Shown: positions 1 to 9,689, numbered from the stretch's first letter. The stretch: DNA of 59,155 nt from Bifidobacterium breve (GCA_945901095.1 CAMDKQ010000002.1:1-59155); one strand, 5' to 3'. Notes: generated from the letters alone by a model not told the origin. Translations and numbers: made by a program.

Positions 1-168
1 GAAACGAACCCCACAAACCTCGGCGCCCTATGCACCAGACACCACCAACTCAAAACCCACGCCGGATGGCGCATCACCAACACCAAACCCGACGGCAGCT
101 GCACCTGGACCTCACCCCAAGGCAGGCAATACCACCACCACCCACCACCTATCGGCACCGCTGCCTAA
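1..168 (+). CDS. HNH endonuclease (DUF222 / 13E12-repeat type), C-terminal fragment entering from the left window edge
   Basis: Frame 1 is open from base 1 to TAA at 166-168 and reads ETNPTNLGALCTRHHQLKTHAGWRITNTKPDGSCTWTSPQGRQYHHHPPPIGTAA. The LCxRHHxLKTHxGW ... WTSPxGRxY tail is typical of actinobacterial DUF222 HNH nucleases. It is absent from the ORF track because no start codon lies in the window. Confidence 0.6.
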   Translation, partial: ETNPTNLGALCTRHHQLKTHAGWRITNTKPDGSCTWTSPQGRQYHHHPPPIGTAA

Positions 169-185
169 AGGCGACACTGTGTTGC

Positions 186-215
186 GAGCAGGAGGTGGGA
201 CTTGTCCTCCTACTC
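186..215. terminator. candidate bidirectional stem-loop between convergent genes
   Basis: GAGcAGGAGG (186-195) pairs with CCTCCTaCTC (206-215): 9 bp with one mismatch and a 10-nt loop. It lies between the HNH stop (168) and the PmbA stop (268). There is no U-tract. Confidence 0.3.
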
Positions 216-267
216 ACGTGAACCTCGTGTATCAGACGTAGTGGCGTGTGTGGGTCAGGGCTCGCTG

Positions 268-1695
268 TCAGCGGGCGTCGCTCATCGAGGTGAAGTTCAT
301 GCCGTCTACGACGACCGCCGGCATTGCAACGTTGTTGGCGTAGTCGGCCATCTCTCTCGGGAGAGTGCGCGCCGGCACAGTCGATGCCGTGATTCGATTC
401 AGCATCGAAATCGGCGAGTCATTGAACCTGAAGTTCGACGATGCCCCGATGATCTCCCCGCCACGCACGACGTAGACGCCATCGCGGGTGAGCCCTGTCA
501 GGAGCATCGTCTGCGGGTCGACGGTGCGGTTGTACCAGACGCACGTAAGCATCAGCCCGTCGCCGAGTCGGGCGGCAAGGTCGGTGATGGAGTCCGCGCG
601 ATCGCCAACGTCATTGATGTCGAGTCGAATGGTGTCGATGATCGGGGTCGCGGGGATGTCCAGTCGCGCTGCGTCGGCTGTGGTGCCGATGAGGGCTTCA
701 AGCCGGCCATCTCGAATCCAGTCCGTGCGCTCGAGCGCGCGGCCGTTATCGAAGACGCTTGACATCCGACCAGAGGTCGAGACGACCGCGAATGGTGAAG
801 CAGGAACCAGCGGGTCATAGGGGTCACTCGTGACGTGAATGCCCGGCGCGGCGACGCGCTCGTGGACCCGCGTACCAGAGAGAGCCGCATCGCTGTGGAA
901 TGCTGAACGACCCTCAGCAGCGTCCCTCGCACCAGCGGACCAGTACAGATCGATGACGAAGTCGCCGATGGCGGATGGGGAGAGCAGCGCACAGTGTCGG
1001 CCGGGGGCTACTTCGATGCTCACCCCCTGCCAGTCAAGCGATTGGCTGATGTCCGATCGAAGGTTCGTCCAGTCATCCTGAGGGAGTTCTACCGCAGCAA
1101 AGCCGTTCCAAGTGCTGCGGGTGCGAGCATGGCTCTTCGCCGTGATCTCAAGGCGGTCGGCTGGGGCGCAGAAGCGACGCCGGGCGCCCGCGCTCGTCGC
1201 GAGCCAGGTCGTGGTCGATTCACGTTCGAGGTATCCGAACAACTCGATCCTGTTCGCTCGGCCCCAGGTGATGAGCTCCCCAAGACGTTTCGTTGGAACC
1301 GTGAGAATCTCCGGGGAGAGTCTCAATGCGGGGGCGTCAAAGTCGTCGTCCACGCTTGGCATCGGGAACGGGGAGGCATCCTCCGCGGGTGATGCGAGAA
1401 GGGCGGCGGCATCTGCGGCATGAACGGTGTCGAGGAGGCCAGTCACGTCGCTCACGCTCTGCGTGACCGACGCAGCCGAAATCCCACCCGGCCTATCTGC
1501 GAATGCGATTGCTGTGACGGAGATATCGGTGGTGCTGCCATTCGTCGTGAGCGAACTTCGGGCCCAGCGCTGGTTCAGGTGGCTCGTAATCTCGACGATG
1601 ATGTGGCAGTGAAGTGAGGTTGAGGCGGCGAGAGCGAGTTCGGCGAGGACGCTGCCAGCACCAGTTTCGAAGGGGTAGTCGTCGCTGGCCATCAT
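268..1695 (-). CDS. pmbA: TldE/PmbA-family metalloprotease subunit
   Basis: 475-aa ORF with a PmbA_TldD-type C-terminal domain (GGEIIGASSNFRFNDSPISMLN). It overlaps the stop of the upstream TldD gene by 4 nt (1692-1695), which indicates an operon pair. Confidence 0.8.
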   Translation of the reverse strand: MMASDDYPFETGAGSVLAELALAASTSLHCHIIVEITSHLNQRWARSSLTTNGSTTDISVTAIAFADRPGGISAASVTQSVSDVTGLLDTVHAADAAALLASPAEDASPFPMPSVDDDFDAPALRLSPEILTVPTKRLGELITWGRANRIELFGYLERESTTTWLATSAGARRRFCAPADRLEITAKSHARTRSTWNGFAAVELPQDDWTNLRSDISQSLDWQGVSIEVAPGRHCALLSPSAIGDFVIDLYWSAGARDAAEGRSAFHSDAALSGTRVHERVAAPGIHVTSDPYDPLVPASPFAVVSTSGRMSSVFDNGRALERTDWIRDGRLEALIGTTADAARLDIPATPIIDTIRLDINDVGDRADSITDLAARLGDGLMLTCVWYNRTVDPQTMLLTGLTRDGVYVVRGGEIIGASSNFRFNDSPISMLNRITASTVPARTLPREMADYANNVAMPAVVVDGMNFTSMSDAR

Positions 1696-3173
1696 GAGGC
1701 GTCCGATGCATTGAGAATGACAACATTCTCGAATGCTGCCGATGGGCAGCCGTGGGACACGGCGGCAACCTGTCCGGGCTGTGCCTTGCCACAGTTGAGC
1801 GCGCCGCCGAGGACATAGGTGGACCGGCCGCCAAGTGCCACGAGCGAGCCCCAGAAATCGGGCGTCCGGGACTGGTAGGCGAGATCACGTACCTGGCCAG
1901 TGATCACTCCAGACCTGATTCGGTAGAAGCGCTGGCCGGTGAACTGGAAGTTGTAGCGCTGCATGTCGATGGACCAGGACTTGTCCCCTTCGATGTAGAA
2001 GCCGTCCTCGACGCCCGCGATGAGGTCCGCGGTCGACGTGTCGGTGTCACCCGGGCGCAGGCTGACATTCGGCATGCGCTGGATTGGGGTGTGCTGTGGT
2101 GAATCGGCGTAGGAGCAACCGTTGCTGCGGGGCAGGCTGAACTCCCCTGCCATCGCGCGGTCCAACTGATAGCCGACAAGTACGCCCTCGCGGACGAGGT
2201 CCCACTCTTGGGCTGCGACGCCCTCGTCGTCCCAGCCGGTCGTCGCAAGGCCGAATGCTGTCGTTCTATCTCCGGTGACATTCATGAGGTCTGACCCGTA
2301 CCGCAATGTGCCGAGTTGGTCAGGGGTGGCGAATGAGGTACCCGCGTAGTTGGCCTCGTAACCGAGCGCCCGATCGAGTTCGGTCGCATGACCGACGGAC
2401 TCGTGGATCGTCAGCCACAGATTGGACGGATCGAGGACGACCGTTGCGCAGCCGGGTTCAACGCTGGGGGCTGCGAGCTTCTCGGCGAGGAGTTCTGGCA
2501 TTGCATCGATCTCCGCATTCCAGTTCCACCCATCGCCGCGAAGATATTCGAAGCCGCGGGCGGTCGGTGGGGCTAACGACCGCATGGTGTCGATGACCCC
2601 AGAACGGTCGTTGCAACCAAGGGCGGTGATGTCCGCATGTACTCGCGTCTTGCGTTGGGAGACTCGAGTGCCGGCCGAGGTGAGGAGCAACGTGGCCTCG
2701 TCGACCGCCATGAAGGATGCATCAGTGTGCTGAACTCCATTCGCACCAGCAAGGAGCGATTCCCGCGCACACAAGAGGGCCTCGACCTCGGCGTCCGACA
2801 CCTCGAAGGGATCCTCGAGGCATACCGATTCCCAGTGGCCAACATGGACGGGCTCGGGCGCGAGCACAACAGGGTTCGTCGCAAGCGGCCGGCTCGCGCG
2901 CGCAAGAAGGATGGCGTCGCGCACCGCTCGGTCGAGATCCTCGGGGCGATGGGAGCTCGTGCCTGCGAACCCCCAGCAGCCATCAACGAGCAGGCGGACT
3001 CCGAATCCACTGGAACGGGCCAGTCCCGCGGACTCGAGTTGACAATCGGCCGTCGACACGTGGCGCATTCGCGTGCGCATCATTCGCGCCTCAACATGGT
3101 TGGCTCCGAGGGATCGGGCTATGTCAATGGCGACCCCGAGCGTTGAGATGAGGAGTGGGTCGTCAAATTTCAA
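1692..3173 (-). CDS. tldD: TldD-family zinc metalloprotease
   Basis: HExxxH motif (IHESVGHATELD) and overall TldD-like sequence. The track ORF extends to 3335 and would overlap the divergent fabG start. An in-frame TTG at 3173 (MKFDDPLLISTLGV...), preceded by GGACGGGG, is the more plausible start. The start is uncertain. Confidence 0.8.
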   Translation of the reverse strand: MKFDDPLLISTLGVAIDIARSLGANHVEARMMRTRMRHVSTADCQLESAGLARSSGFGVRLLVDGCWGFAGTSSHRPEDLDRAVRDAILLARASRPLATNPVVLAPEPVHVGHWESVCLEDPFEVSDAEVEALLCARESLLAGANGVQHTDASFMAVDEATLLLTSAGTRVSQRKTRVHADITALGCNDRSGVIDTMRSLAPPTARGFEYLRGDGWNWNAEIDAMPELLAEKLAAPSVEPGCATVVLDPSNLWLTIHESVGHATELDRALGYEANYAGTSFATPDQLGTLRYGSDLMNVTGDRTTAFGLATTGWDDEGVAAQEWDLVREGVLVGYQLDRAMAGEFSLPRSNGCSYADSPQHTPIQRMPNVSLRPGDTDTSTADLIAGVEDGFYIEGDKSWSIDMQRYNFQFTGQRFYRIRSGVITGQVRDLAYQSRTPDFWGSLVALGGRSTYVLGGALNCGKAQPGQVAAVSHGCPSAAFENVVILNASDAS

Positions 3174-3319
3174 GGATTGCCCCGTCCTGCCTCGTTGTTG
3201 AGCATCGCCTGAAACCAGCTTTCCGTAGCAACGTATCGATGGGGATACCCGCGCAGTCTGCCATCTCTTCGCCCATCTAGTGCAGCACGCTATCGTTCGA
3301 GTTCTGAAAGGGGACGCCA

Positions 3320-4024
3320 ATGGCTGGAGTTGCACTCGTCACCGGTGGTAATCGCGGCATCGGACTCGCGATCGCCCTTAGCCTCCGTGAGGCTGGATAC
3401 TCTGTCGTCGTCGGAAGCCGCTCGGGAGCAGCCCCGGAGGGACTCGCCGCGGTCGAACTCGACGTGAGCGATCCCGCCTCCATCCTTGCGGCATTCGATC
3501 GCATCGAGACCGAGTTCGGCCCTATCGAGGTGGTCGTCGCAAACGCCGGAATCACCCGCGACGCCCTGCTGATGCGAATGTCCGATGACGATATCGACGA
3601 AGTGCTTAACACCAACCTTGGCGGCTCCATCCGGCTGGCGCGCCGAGCGCTTCGCTCGATGCTCAAGGCGAAGAGCGGTCGCATCATCTTCATCTCTTCG
3701 GTGGTCGGGCTCATGGGATCCGCAGGACAAGTGAACTACGCCGCAGCAAAGGCCGGCCTGGTGGGCGCGGCTCGATCCTTGGCCCGCGAGGTCGGCTCAC
3801 GGGGCATCACGGTGAATGTCATTGCCCCTGGTTTCGTCAACACTGACATGACCGCAGAGTTGGGGGAGGAGCGGAAGGCCGAGATTCTCGGTGCCGTGCC
3901 CCTTGGCCGGTATGCTCAGGCGGCCGAGATCGCCGGGGTCGTCGAATTCCTCGCGGGCTCCTCAGCCGGGTACATCACCGGGGCAGTCATCCCGGTCGAT
4001 GGAGGACTGGGAATGGGCCACTAG
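3320..4024 (+). CDS. fabG: 3-oxoacyl-ACP reductase (SDR family)
   Basis: TGGNRGIG cofactor motif, YAAAKAG (YxxxK) catalytic motif, RBS GAAAGGGGA upstream. It is followed by the enoyl reductase gene, as in the mycobacterial fabG1-inhA operon. Confidence 0.9.
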   Translation: MAGVALVTGGNRGIGLAIALSLREAGYSVVVGSRSGAAPEGLAAVELDVSDPASILAAFDRIETEFGPIEVVVANAGITRDALLMRMSDDDIDEVLNTNLGGSIRLARRALRSMLKAKSGRIIFISSVVGLMGSAGQVNYAAAKAGLVGAARSLAREVGSRGITVNVIAPGFVNTDMTAELGEERKAEILGAVPLGRYAQAAEIAGVVEFLAGSSAGYITGAVIPVDGGLGMGH

Positions 4025-4108
4025 ATGAAGCCTCGCGGAGTCTAGGTCGGTTTTGGGGCTTTCAATTCGCCTAGGCGTTTGTCTGCTCGACACGAATGAG
4101 GGAGACCT

Positions 4109-4876
4109 ATGGGACTACTGGACGGCAAGCGGATCCTCGTCACTGGCGTGCTCACCGACGCGTCGATTGCCTTTTCCGTTGCGCGTTTGGCGCAGGAACA
4201 GGGGGCCGAGGTGGTCCTTACCTCCTTCGGCCGGACCATGGGTTTGACGAAACGGTCGTCGGGCCGTCTCCCGAGCCCGGTACCAGTCATCGAACTCGAC
4301 GTCACGAACGACGAGGATCTTGCGGCGCTCGCGGACCGGGTATCAGAGCACATGAGCGGACTCGATGGAGTGCTCCACAGCATCGGCTTTGCACCGGAGG
4401 CCGCCCTCGGAGGGAACTTCCTCAACACTGCATGGCCGGATGTCAGCACCGCGGTGCAGGTGTCGGCCTACTCGCTGAAAAGCCTGGCAATGGCGGCAAA
4501 GCCACTCATGGGGCCCGGTAGTTCGGTCGTGGGTCTGGACTTCGACGCGACGGTTGCGTGGCCCAAGTACGACTGGATGGGTGTCGCGAAGGCCGCGCTC
4601 GAGAGTTGTTCACGCTATCTCGCGCGCGATCTGGGCCCAGATGGCATACGCGTCAATCTCGTCGCTGCAGGTCCGATCCGGACGATGGCCGCGAAGAGCA
4701 TCCCCGGGTTCGACGAGTTCGATGCAGTGTGGTCGAGCCGGGCACCCCTTGCCTGGGATCTCGATGACCCAGAGCCTGCGGCCCGCGCCTGCGTCGCACT
4801 GATGTCCGACTGGTTCCCAGCTACCACTGGCGAGATCATCCACGTCGATGGTGGGGTGCATTCCCAAGGTGCCTAG
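4109..4876 (+). CDS. inhA: NADH-dependent enoyl-ACP reductase (FabI/InhA type)
   Basis: N-terminus MGLLDGKRILVTGVLTDASIAFSVARLAQEQGAEVVLT and the YDWMGVAKAALE (Y..M..K) motif are InhA-like. RBS GAGGGAGA lies upstream. Confidence 0.9.
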   Translation: MGLLDGKRILVTGVLTDASIAFSVARLAQEQGAEVVLTSFGRTMGLTKRSSGRLPSPVPVIELDVTNDEDLAALADRVSEHMSGLDGVLHSIGFAPEAALGGNFLNTAWPDVSTAVQVSAYSLKSLAMAAKPLMGPGSSVVGLDFDATVAWPKYDWMGVAKAALESCSRYLARDLGPDGIRVNLVAAGPIRTMAAKSIPGFDEFDAVWSSRAPLAWDLDDPEPAARACVALMSDWFPATTGEIIHVDGGVHSQGA

Positions 4877-5375
4877 CCGACTCTTGCTCCTGCGCCATGC
4901 GAAGTCCGATTACCCTGCGGGCATCCCGGACCACGATCGTCCGCTCAACGAACGCGGACTGCGCGATGCACGAGCGGCTGGTGCCTGGATCGCCGAGCAC
5001 AGAGATGACCTCTTCTCAGGCGAGGCCATCGTGATCGTTTCCTCCGCCCTCCGGGCCCAGCAGACCTGGGGGTGCATCGAGGCGCACATGCCCGGCCTTC
5101 ATTGGTTAACTGAGCCGCGCCTCTACGACGCAGCATGTTCCACGCTCATGTCCATTGCTGAGGCCAGCGAAGCTGATACCGCCCTCATCGTTGGTCACAA
5201 TCCGACGATCGAGGAGACCGCGCTCTTTCTGGCGGCAGACGATGGCCGCGGGCTGAAGGAGCGGATTCGTTCGAAGGTCCCGACCTGCGGGTTGGTGGTG
5301 CTCGACCTCTCCGCGTCTGATCCTTGGGCTAACGGGTCCGCTGACCTAGCAGCGTTCGAGGTCCCGCGCGGTTGA
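4869..5375 (+). CDS. SixA-like histidine phosphatase family protein
   Basis: LLLLRHAKS (RHG-type phosphatase motif) and IVGHNPT. A GTG at 4869 overlaps the inhA stop. The track start at 4848 (ATG) is an alternative. Confidence 0.75.
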   Translation: MPSRLLLLRHAKSDYPAGIPDHDRPLNERGLRDARAAGAWIAEHRDDLFSGEAIVIVSSALRAQQTWGCIEAHMPGLHWLTEPRLYDAACSTLMSIAEASEADTALIVGHNPTIEETALFLAADDGRGLKERIRSKVPTCGLVVLDLSASDPWANGSADLAAFEVPRG

Positions 5376-5394
5376 CAGACCGTGCGGCAAGTAA

Positions 5395-5435
5395 AACGGG
5401 CGTCACGTCCAACGGGCGTCACGTCAAACGGGTGG
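5395..5435. repeat. 16-bp tandem direct repeat (about 2.6 copies) spanning the serB stop codon
   Basis: AACGGGCGTCACGTC occurs at 5395-5409 and 5411-5425, with a partial AACGGGTGG at 5427-5435. The serB stop (tca, 5424-5426) lies inside copy 2. Confidence 0.9.
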
Positions 5436-6644
5436 CGCTGGAGTGGAGAAACCGGTGATGGCGTCGGCCTCCTCGATCTCCTCGCGAGTGATGCCGAGCA
5501 CGTAGAGCACCGAGTCGAGATAGGGCACTGACACCGATGTATCCGCTGCGGCGCGCGCAGCAGCCTTGCCATTAAAAGCGACACCGAGGCCAGCGGCCTT
5601 GAGCATGTCAACGTCATTGGCTCCGTCGCCGATTGCGATGGTCCTGCGCATGGGAATCCCATACTCGGCGGCGAAGGATTCAAGCGCTCGCCTCTTGCCG
5701 GCCCGATCGATGATCTCCCCAACGACCCTTCCCGTGAGGAGCCCGTCCTTGACCTCGAGGGTGTTCGCGCGGACCTTGTCGACGCCAAGGTCTGAAGCTA
5801 GGTGTCCGACCACCTCGATGAAGCCTCCTGAGACGAGGCACACGCGATAGCCGAGGTTGCTCAGCGTCCTGCACAGGGTGCGGGCGCCCGGTGTGAGCGT
5901 GATCCTCGATCTGACCGTGTCAAGGGCGGACTCGGGTAGTCCCTCAAGCAAGGCGACACGGGCGCGCAGGGACTCCTTGAAGTCCATCTCGCCAGCCATG
6001 GCACGCTCGGTGATGGCCGAGACCTGCTCCACCACCCCGGCCTCCTCCGCGAGGAGGTCGATCACCTCCTCCTGAATCACCGTCGAATCGACGTCCATAA
6101 CGACGAGATGTTGTCCGCGCCTATCGAGACCATCAGCTTGGACCGCGATATCCGCTCCAATACGCCCGACGCCTGAGGTGAGGGCGTGACGCAACTCGTC
6201 AACCTCGGCGCCGGAACTCTCGAACACGACCGCCGTCACCGGATACGAGGCGATGCGGCGGATCCGATCAATATTGCCGCCACGATCGGCAATCACCCGG
6301 GCGACCTGCGCAATTGCCGACGGCCTGAGGGGGGACCCGAGCACCGTGACGGTGATCCGGTCACGACGGTGCGCGCTGTCCTCGCGGGCCCCGGTCACGG
6401 TGGCGACCTCCATGTCGAGTTCAGCCGCGACGAGCCGAGCGGCCCTGCGCAGATCGGCGAGTAGCTGATCATCTTCGGCAGCATCGATAGACAGGAGGAC
6501 AGAAAGGACGAGTCGGCCACGGACGACGAGTTGCTCGATATCGTCGACGGTGACCGGGTAGTCATCGAGGGCCGTGAATAGTTGCCTCGTCACTCCTGGC
6601 TGATCGAGGCCTGAGAGGGTGACAAGAAGGGTTTGATGGCTCAT
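5424..6644 (-). CDS. serB: phosphoserine phosphatase SerB with N-terminal ACT domains
   Basis: HAD motif VVMDVDSTVIQEE, a C-terminal IAIGDGANDVDML motif, and two ACT-like repeats in the N-terminal half. Confidence 0.9.
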   Translation of the reverse strand: MSHQTLLVTLSGLDQPGVTRQLFTALDDYPVTVDDIEQLVVRGRLVLSVLLSIDAAEDDQLLADLRRAARLVAAELDMEVATVTGAREDSAHRRDRITVTVLGSPLRPSAIAQVARVIADRGGNIDRIRRIASYPVTAVVFESSGAEVDELRHALTSGVGRIGADIAVQADGLDRRGQHLVVMDVDSTVIQEEVIDLLAEEAGVVEQVSAITERAMAGEMDFKESLRARVALLEGLPESALDTVRSRITLTPGARTLCRTLSNLGYRVCLVSGGFIEVVGHLASDLGVDKVRANTLEVKDGLLTGRVVGEIIDRAGKRRALESFAAEYGIPMRRTIAIGDGANDVDMLKAAGLGVAFNGKAAARAAADTSVSVPYLDSVLYVLGITREEIEEADAITGFSTPAPPV

Positions 6645-6755
6645 TGGGCTTAACGCTAGTGCGTTCGGGTGAGCGACCTGCGGATAAGGTCTCGCTTAGC
6701 GGTTGGCTTGGCGATGGATCTTGGTACGTGAGCGGACGCAAGAGGAGGCGGGCGG

Positions 6756-7541
6756 GTGACGGAGGTCGTGTCCTGCATCGATGTGAGCGTACGCCGTGGT
6801 GCCCGACTCCTCCTCGATTCCATCACCTGGCAGGTCGAATCCGATGAACGATGGGTCGTCATGGGACCGAACGGCGCCGGCAAGACGACCCTCATGCAGA
6901 TCATTGCCACCCGGATGTTCCCGACAACGGGCGATGTGAGGATTCTCGGCGAGCAGCTGGGCGGATTTGATCTCGCGGAACTTCGCCCGCTCGTCGGATG
7001 GGCGAGCAGCGCACTCTCACTTGACATACCACCAGGGGAGTCAGTTTCGGATGTCGTGCTCACTGGCGCGTGGGCCGTTACCGGACGCTGGCGCGAGCGG
7101 TACGACAGCATCGATGACGAGCGGACAGCACGGCTCCTGACCGCCTGGGGGATCGACCAACTCGCAAGCCGGACGTTCGGGACATTGTCCGAGGGGGAGC
7201 GCAAGCGAACGCTCATCGCACGGGCGCTCATGGCGAATCCCGAGCTCCTCATCCTTGATGAGCCGGGAGCTGGTCTCGACCTCGGCGGCCGGGAGGATTT
7301 GGTTGATCGACTCCGGCTCCTCGCCTCCGATCCGCGATCACCCGCCCAGGTGCTCGTCACTCATCATGTCGAGGAAATCCCTGCGGGCTTCACCCATGTG
7401 TTGCTCTTGCGTGCGGGCCAAATCGTCGCTCAGGGTCCGTTCGACAGCACGATGACCGCGGCCCACCTGAGCGAATGTTTCGGCCTGACGATCCGGCTTA
7501 CTCGGATCGGCGATCGGCTCGCCGCCCAGCGGTCCGACTAG
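6756..7541 (+). CDS. ABC transporter ATP-binding protein (orphan, ModF/YlmA-like)
   Basis: Walker A GPNGAGKTT, signature LSEGERKR, Walker B LLILDEPG. GTG start preceded by AGAGGAGG. No permease gene is adjacent. Confidence 0.85.
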   Translation: MTEVVSCIDVSVRRGARLLLDSITWQVESDERWVVMGPNGAGKTTLMQIIATRMFPTTGDVRILGEQLGGFDLAELRPLVGWASSALSLDIPPGESVSDVVLTGAWAVTGRWRERYDSIDDERTARLLTAWGIDQLASRTFGTLSEGERKRTLIARALMANPELLILDEPGAGLDLGGREDLVDRLRLLASDPRSPAQVLVTHHVEEIPAGFTHVLLLRAGQIVAQGPFDSTMTAAHLSECFGLTIRLTRIGDRLAAQRSD

Positions 7542-7544
7542 CGG

Positions 7545-8294
7545 ATGACCGAGCTCCTTATCGCGATGGGGGCTGGCGTCCTTGCCGGGGCGATCAACGC
7601 GATCGTCGGATCCGGCACACTCCTCACGTATCCATTCCTGCTCGCAACAGGGCTGTCTCCCATTGTCGCGAACGGTACGAACAATGTCGGGCTCTCGGTG
7701 GGCGGGGCGGCATCGGCGTGGGCGTATCGCGGGGAACTTGGCCCCCGCATGCGGGTGCTCGCGCTACCAATGTTCTTCACCATCTGCGGTGCGGTACTCG
7801 GTTCCTCGCTTGTGGTGCGGCTACCCGAACGGGTGTTCACGACCATCGTGCCTTGGCTCATCCTTGCAGCGGTTGTCCTCGTCGCCGTCCAGCCGATACT
7901 CAACCGCTGGCTTGCTCGCCGCAAGGACCACCTCGTCAAAGCGGGGAGGGATCTTCCGGCGTGGACCGGATTGCTCGGCATTTATGGCGGGTACTTCGGG
8001 GCTGGGCAGGGAATCATGTACATGGGAGTCCTTGGTCTGCGTTACGACGCCGATATGCAGCAGGCCAACGGTGCGAAGAATCTGCTCGCCGCTTCCGGGA
8101 ACCTAATCTCAGCAGTGGTGTTCATCGTGGCGGGGGCTTGGTCATGGACGTTCGCGCTCGCAATCGGACTTGGCTCCATTGTGGGGGGGTACGTGGGGGG
8201 TCGCTTCGCACGACGAATCCCTGCGCCTGCGTTACGGCTCATCGTCATCGGGGTCGGGGTCTACGCAGCGGGGTACCTCTTCATCGCCTATTGA
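7545..8294 (+). CDS. TauE/SafE family sulfite exporter-like membrane protein
   Basis: 249-aa polytopic hydrophobic protein with a TauE-like N-terminus (GAINAIVGSGTLLTYPFLL). It starts 4 nt after the ABC gene stop. Confidence 0.8.
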   Translation: MTELLIAMGAGVLAGAINAIVGSGTLLTYPFLLATGLSPIVANGTNNVGLSVGGAASAWAYRGELGPRMRVLALPMFFTICGAVLGSSLVVRLPERVFTTIVPWLILAAVVLVAVQPILNRWLARRKDHLVKAGRDLPAWTGLLGIYGGYFGAGQGIMYMGVLGLRYDADMQQANGAKNLLAASGNLISAVVFIVAGAWSWTFALAIGLGSIVGGYVGGRFARRIPAPALRLIVIGVGVYAAGYLFIAY

Positions 8295-8324
8295 GCTCAC
8301 GGCCTATTAGGCTGAGGGAAGGCA

Positions 8325-9047
8325 GTGGGCAATCGCCCATGCGGTTGCGGAGGTAGGCCCGATGCGGACGATGGCATGATGAAGCGCGTCGTCGCCGGGT
8401 TCTTCGCACTCTTGCTCCTCGCAACCGCTGCAGTGGCCTTACTCTCGGGCGGCTGGACGTGGTCTACATTCGGTACCGCTGGCATCGTGAGCACGCCCAT
8501 GGGGCGGCTGACCGGAAGTCCGACGGGCCAGGCAATCGTCATCGACGTGGAGCGGGTGCGCGGTGATATTCCATATCTACCCGTATCCGGAACGGCTGCC
8601 CTCATCGCGACCCCAGCGATAGGCGCGCCCGGTCCGCCCGAGATTTTTATCGCACAGGCACCTGCGAAGACTGCCAATGACTATTTGACTGGAGCGAGGT
8701 ATGACGTCGCCCGACTAAGTAATGGAGCCTGGACACTCACGCCCGTTCCGGGCTTTCGGGATCTCGATCCTCCGCAGGGCGCGAACTGGCAGACAAGTGC
8801 AGGTGGCCCTTCGGCACGGCTCTTGCTCGATGCACAATCCCCGACGACCGTTGTCGTAATGAACGCCGACGGTTCTCCGCCGGTCGACGTCCTCCTCACC
8901 CTCCAGATGGACGTCCCAGATGCCGTGATGATTGCCGTGGTCATTGCAATCATCGGTCTCGTCGCGCTCATCTTGGGCCTGGTCTTGCTTCGTGCTGCAC
9001 TCGGGCGAGGTCGGTCCAGAGGGGTCCATGAGGCGGTACGACCGTGA
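8325..9047 (+). CDS. hypothetical bitopic membrane protein
   Basis: GTG start preceded by GAGGGAAGG. It has an N-terminal TM segment (FFALLLLATAAVALL), a Pro/Gly-rich middle and a C-terminal TM segment (MIAVVIAIIGLVALILGLVLL). Its stop overlaps the pgsA start (GTGA). I recognise no family. Confidence 0.55.
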   Translation: MGNRPCGCGGRPDADDGMMKRVVAGFFALLLLATAAVALLSGGWTWSTFGTAGIVSTPMGRLTGSPTGQAIVIDVERVRGDIPYLPVSGTAALIATPAIGAPGPPEIFIAQAPAKTANDYLTGARYDVARLSNGAWTLTPVPGFRDLDPPQGANWQTSAGGPSARLLLDAQSPTTVVVMNADGSPPVDVLLTLQMDVPDAVMIAVVIAIIGLVALILGLVLLRAALGRGRSRGVHEAVRP

Positions 9048-9610
9048 CTGAAGCGTCCGAACGGATCGTCACCCTGCCCAACCTCCTGAGCTTTGCCCGC
9101 ATCCTGGGCGTTCCGGTTTTCCTCTGGCTCATTCTGGTCCCGCAAGCCGACGTCTGGGCGCTGGTGCTTCTGGTGCTCGCGGGCATCACCGACTGGCTCG
9201 ATGGAGCGATCGCACGGGCCACCGGTCAAACGAGTCGGCTCGGAGCGATGCTCGATCCGCTCGCCGACCGCCTGTACATTGCCGCGACGCTCATTGGCCT
9301 CGCGGTGCGAGCGATCATCCCCTGGTGGCTCGTCGGGATCCTCGTCCTGCGTGAACTCATGCTCGTCGCCCTCGTCCCATTGCTGCGCAGGCGTGGCATC
9401 CTCACCCTTCCGGTGACGGTAACCGGAAAGGCAGCAACCTTCTGCCTGATGTGGGGGTTTCCATTCCTCCTGCTTGGATCGGTGAGCGGCCCGATAGGCA
9501 CGGCGGCCATGGCGTGCGGCTGGGCTTTCGCGCTGTGGGGCACTGGGCTCTACTGGTGGGCTGGTGTCGGCTACGTCACGACGACGTTGCGGATGCATGC
9601 CAAGGGCTGA
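9044..9610 (+). CDS. pgsA: CDP-alcohol phosphatidyltransferase (PgsA-like)
   Basis: Complete CDP-alcohol phosphotransferase motif DWLDGAIARATGQTSRLGAMLDPLADR. Multi-TM protein. Confidence 0.85.
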   Translation: MTEASERIVTLPNLLSFARILGVPVFLWLILVPQADVWALVLLVLAGITDWLDGAIARATGQTSRLGAMLDPLADRLYIAATLIGLAVRAIIPWWLVGILVLRELMLVALVPLLRRRGILTLPVTVTGKAATFCLMWGFPFLLLGSVSGPIGTAAMACGWAFALWGTGLYWWAGVGYVTTTLRMHAKG

Positions 9611-9689
9611 CGATTCTTCCCTAGCAACAACGTGCGATGCTCAATCAAGTGAACACCAGTACCAGCCGACCGCCACGAAAGGACCTGCC

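Noticed and set aside
202-992. Plus- and minus-strand ORFs 202-762, 488-820 and 552-992 overlapping the PmbA gene
   Set aside because: They are shadow or off-frame ORFs within a gene that has clear family similarity, and their translations have no motifs.
7475-8356. 293-aa ORF overlapping the TauE gene out of frame
   Set aside because: The Arg-rich translation has no membrane or domain features. The alternative frame (7545-8294) gives a coherent polytopic TauE-like protein starting right after the ABC gene.
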